NCBI GenBank assembly: GCA_051294375.1
Contig: JBJCIZ010000239.1
Location: 5,467,808 to 5,531,807 of the forward strand
DNA length: 64,000 nt
Direction of reading: 5' to 3'
Origin: Paraspadella gotoi
Lineage: Eukaryota; Animalia; Chaetognatha
Shown here: one piece after another, positions 61,069-64,000 of the stretch
How positions within the stretch are numbered: the stretch's first letter is position 1
Layout of the letters: each line of letters starts with the position of its first letter
Made by a program: the position numbers and the translations under genes
The notes under the pieces: generated by a model
What the model was told of the DNA's origin: nothing
What the model saw: only the letters and a program-made list of their open reading frames with translations
The model's database searches: none

Positions 61069-61167
61069 TCGGGCCAGAAAGTTGACGTCTGCTCCGCTTT
61101 GGACGAGAAGTTTAGCCACATCAACGTTTCCATAATGGGAGGCGATGTGAAGCGGGGTGAACCCACT
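61069..61167 (-). CDS. Ank2: Exon, ANK repeat 7 ([33 protein letters not shown])
   Basis: 99 nt, cag| ... |GTGAGT, phase 0-0. Confidence 0.95.
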
Positions 61168-61799
61168 CTGTGAAGTTGGGGTAGGGGGAGGAGAAGGGGA
61201 GAGAGAAAGAGGGAGAGAGAGAGAGAGAAGGGGGAGAGAGAGGGAGAAAGAAAGTGAAACGTCAAAGAATTAGATATGACAGATAAAGTAGCGAAAAAAA
61301 AACTATCAATTTTTTTTTAAAGTTTCATTACTTTTGAAAATATATTTTCATAGACAAAATTCGCTTTTTCTTTATTCACAAGCGAAATATTAACGAGCAA
61401 TAGTTTGCAGGAAGAGTCATTATATTAATTTATTTTTAATTATCTCATTCTCTATTTTAGAATTGCGAAGACTTTAAACTTAACCTAATTTTATTGACAC
61501 AATCGTGAAAAAACAAACAGAGAAAAAAAAAAGAAAAAAATAATAAAAGAAAAAAAAAGAGAAGAGTTGACCTTTTCTCGTCATTTATTATTCTTTATTT
61601 TTTTCTTTTTTCTTCCTTTTCTTTCTTTCTTTTCGTCAAAAATTGGGATCGATTTTTCGTTTTCAAAAAAAAAAACAAACAAACAAACTGTTAAACCAAA
61701 ACAAAGAGCTAAAAACAGACACCAAAAAAAAAAGATGAATGACTAAACAATAAAAAAAAAGGAAACATGAAGAAGAACCTAAAAATGGGAAGCAAGGAT

Positions 61800-63620
61800 G
61801 TGATGGAATTCCCGTGATGGAATCCCAGTGATGGAATTCCCGTGATGGAATTCCGCGTGATTGGAATTTCCCGGATGGAATTCCGTGTGGATCGTAATTC
61901 CCCTGTGATGGAAATCCCCGTGATGGAACCCCTGTGATGGAATCCCGTGATGGAATCCCCGTGATGGAATTTCCGGGATGGATTTCCGGGACGGAATCCC
62001 CGTGATGGAATTTCCGTGATGGAAATCCCGTGATGGAATTCCCGGGATGGAATCCCTGTGATGGAATCCCCGTGATGGAATCCCGTGATGGATCCCGTGA
62101 TGGAATCCTCATGATCAATTCAAGTGATGGAATCCCCGTGATGGAATCCTCATGATGGAATTCCCGTGATGGAATCCCGCATTGATGGAAGCCCCGTGAC
62201 TGGAATTCTCGTGATGGAATTCTCGTGATGGAATTCTTTGATGAATCCCCGTGACTGGAATTCCCTTGATGGAATCCCGTGATGGAATCGTAATGGAATT
62301 CTCCTGATGGAATTCTCGTGATGGAATTCCTTTGATGGAATCCCCGTGATGAATTCCCTTGGATGGATCCCCGTGCATGGATCCTCGTGATGGAATCCCC
62401 GGGATGGAAATCCGGGATGAATCCCTGTGATGGAATTTCGGGATGGAACCTGTGTTGGAATTTCCCGTGATGGAATTCCCGTGATGGATCCCTGTGATGG
62501 AATCCCGTGATGGACTCCGGGATGGAATCCCCGGGATGGAATCCCTCTGATGGATGCCCTGTGATGGAATCCCGTGATGGAATTCCGTGATGGAATCACA
62601 TGATGGAATTTCGCGTGATGGAATCCCCTTGATGGAATTCTCGTGATGGAATTTTCCGTGACGGAACTCCCGTGATGGAATTCCGTGATGGAATTCCTTT
62701 GATGGAATCCACCCCGTGATGGATTCCCTTGATGGAATCCCCGTGATGGAATCCCGTGATGGAATCAAAGGGCATGGAATCCCCGGGATGAATCCTGTGA
62801 TGGAATCCCGCGTGATGGAATTCCCGTGATGGGAATCCCCCCGTGATGGAATTCACGTGATGGAATCCCCGTGATGGAATCCCTGTGATGGAATTCCCGT
62901 GATGGAATCCCGTGATGGAATCCCCGTGAAGGAATCCCGAATTTAACGCGGAGAACGGTGAAAATTGGACACAGAGCACGCGCACGATTGTTAATACTTG
63001 CGACGATGACGAAAACGACGACGACAAGACGAAAAAAAATACACGTGAGAAAACGACGGANNNNNNNNNNNNNNNNNNNNNNNNNGGAATCCCCGGGATG
63101 GAATCCCCGGGATGGAATCCCTGTGATGGAATCTTCGGGATGGAACCCTGTGTTGGAATTCCCGTGATGGAATTCCCGTGATGGAATCCCTGTGATGGAA
63201 TCCCCGTGATGGAATCTCCGGGATGGAATCCCCGGGATGGAATCCCTCTGATGGAATCCCTGTGATGGAATCCCCGTGATGGAATTCCCGTGATGGAATC
63301 ACATGATGGAATTTTCGTGATGGAATCCCCTTGATGGAATTCTCGTGATGGAATTTTCGTGACGGAAATCCCGTGATGGAATTCCCGTGATGGAATTCCT
63401 TTGATGGAATCCCCGTGATGGAATTNNNNNNNNNNNNNNNNNNNNNNNNNNNNNNNNNNNNNNNNNNNNNNNNNNNNNNNNNNNNNNNNNNNNNNNNNNN
63501 NNNNNNNNNNNNNNNNNNNNNNNNNNNNNNNNNNNNNNNNNNNNNNNNNNNNNNNNNNNNNNNNNNNNNNNNNNNNNNNNNNTGGAATCCCCGTGATGGA
63601 ATCCCCGTGATGGAATCCCC
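61800..63620. repeat. About 13-15-nt satellite (GTGATGGAATCCCC)n with N gaps
   Basis: Direct inspection; source of the GIPSR/FHHG pseudo-ORFs. Confidence 0.95.
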
Positions 63621-63899
63621 GTTTTAACCGGAGAACGGTGAAAATTGGACAAGAGACCGGCGAGATTGTTAATACTTGCGACGATGACGAAAACGACGAC
63701 GACAAAGACGAAAAAAAATAACGTGAGAAAACGACGACGACGACGACGAAAACGACCTCGAGAGACGATCACGCCTTTTTTGTCGCACTTCGTCGCCAGC
63801 GCCATCTCTTCGTCGTTCTCTCTCCGCCACACGCCCCCCTTTCGACGTTTCAAAGATGGCGTCAATCGCGCGAGGAGACGTGACCGTCGCGACCCTCAA

Positions 63900-63934
<35 letters not shown>

Positions 63935-64000
63935 TTATGTTGTGGAAGTTGTTTATCTCGAGGGAAAGCGTTGCCCGTATTGGAGGAGGGAAAGAGGGGG

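Larger units (their letters stand above)
92..61167 (-). other. Ank2: Giant ankyrin gene (Ank2/unc-44-like), partial: ANK7-24, ZU5-ZU5-UPA, death domain, long tail; 5' exons lie beyond the window
   Basis: Exons splice in phase into the canonical ankyrin domain order, with diagnostic motifs such as [50 protein letters not shown] and [12 protein letters not shown]. The symbol is by family resemblance; orthology was not tested. Confidence 0.95.

Noticed and set aside
61663-63705. GIPSR/FHHG repeat ORFs
   Set aside because: Translations of an approximately 14-nt satellite, open in several frames and interrupted by N gaps.
63669-63899. GC-rich short ORFs at the window edge
   Set aside because: Embedded in (GAC)n repeats and a duplicated gap flank; no ankyrin similarity or fitting splice sites.

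Overview
Eukaryotic (animal, most likely protostome invertebrate) genomic DNA. The whole window lies inside one minus-strand giant-ankyrin gene (Ank2/unc-44 type), whose 5' end is beyond the right edge. About 45 exons were reconstructed by hand from GT/GC-AG boundaries and reading-frame phase. They encode ANK repeats 7-24 (61167-41352), linker, ZU5-A/ZU5-B, UPA, death domain (to 16081), small tail exons, and two very large exons after the death domain (1.9 kb and 4.4 kb). Most long ORF-track entries outside these exons are microsatellite artefacts. The assembly has N-gaps, single-base indels in exons and noisy duplicated blocks (about 34.2-38.6 kb and 42.3-44.1 kb). The most unusual signal is that several introns are built from tandem copies of their own splice junction, giving arrays of decoy donors or acceptors, some in frame. 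Other signals are two divergent versions of the ANK23 exon, microexons (KLKWKT, ESGSE), in-phase unannotated exons including a 169-codon terminal exon after ANK12, candidate internal first exons, an inverted repeat pair bracketing a 930-nt in-frame exon block, and a sharp GC/CpG transition inside the gene. No prokaryotic-type system, RNA gene or CRISPR array is supported.
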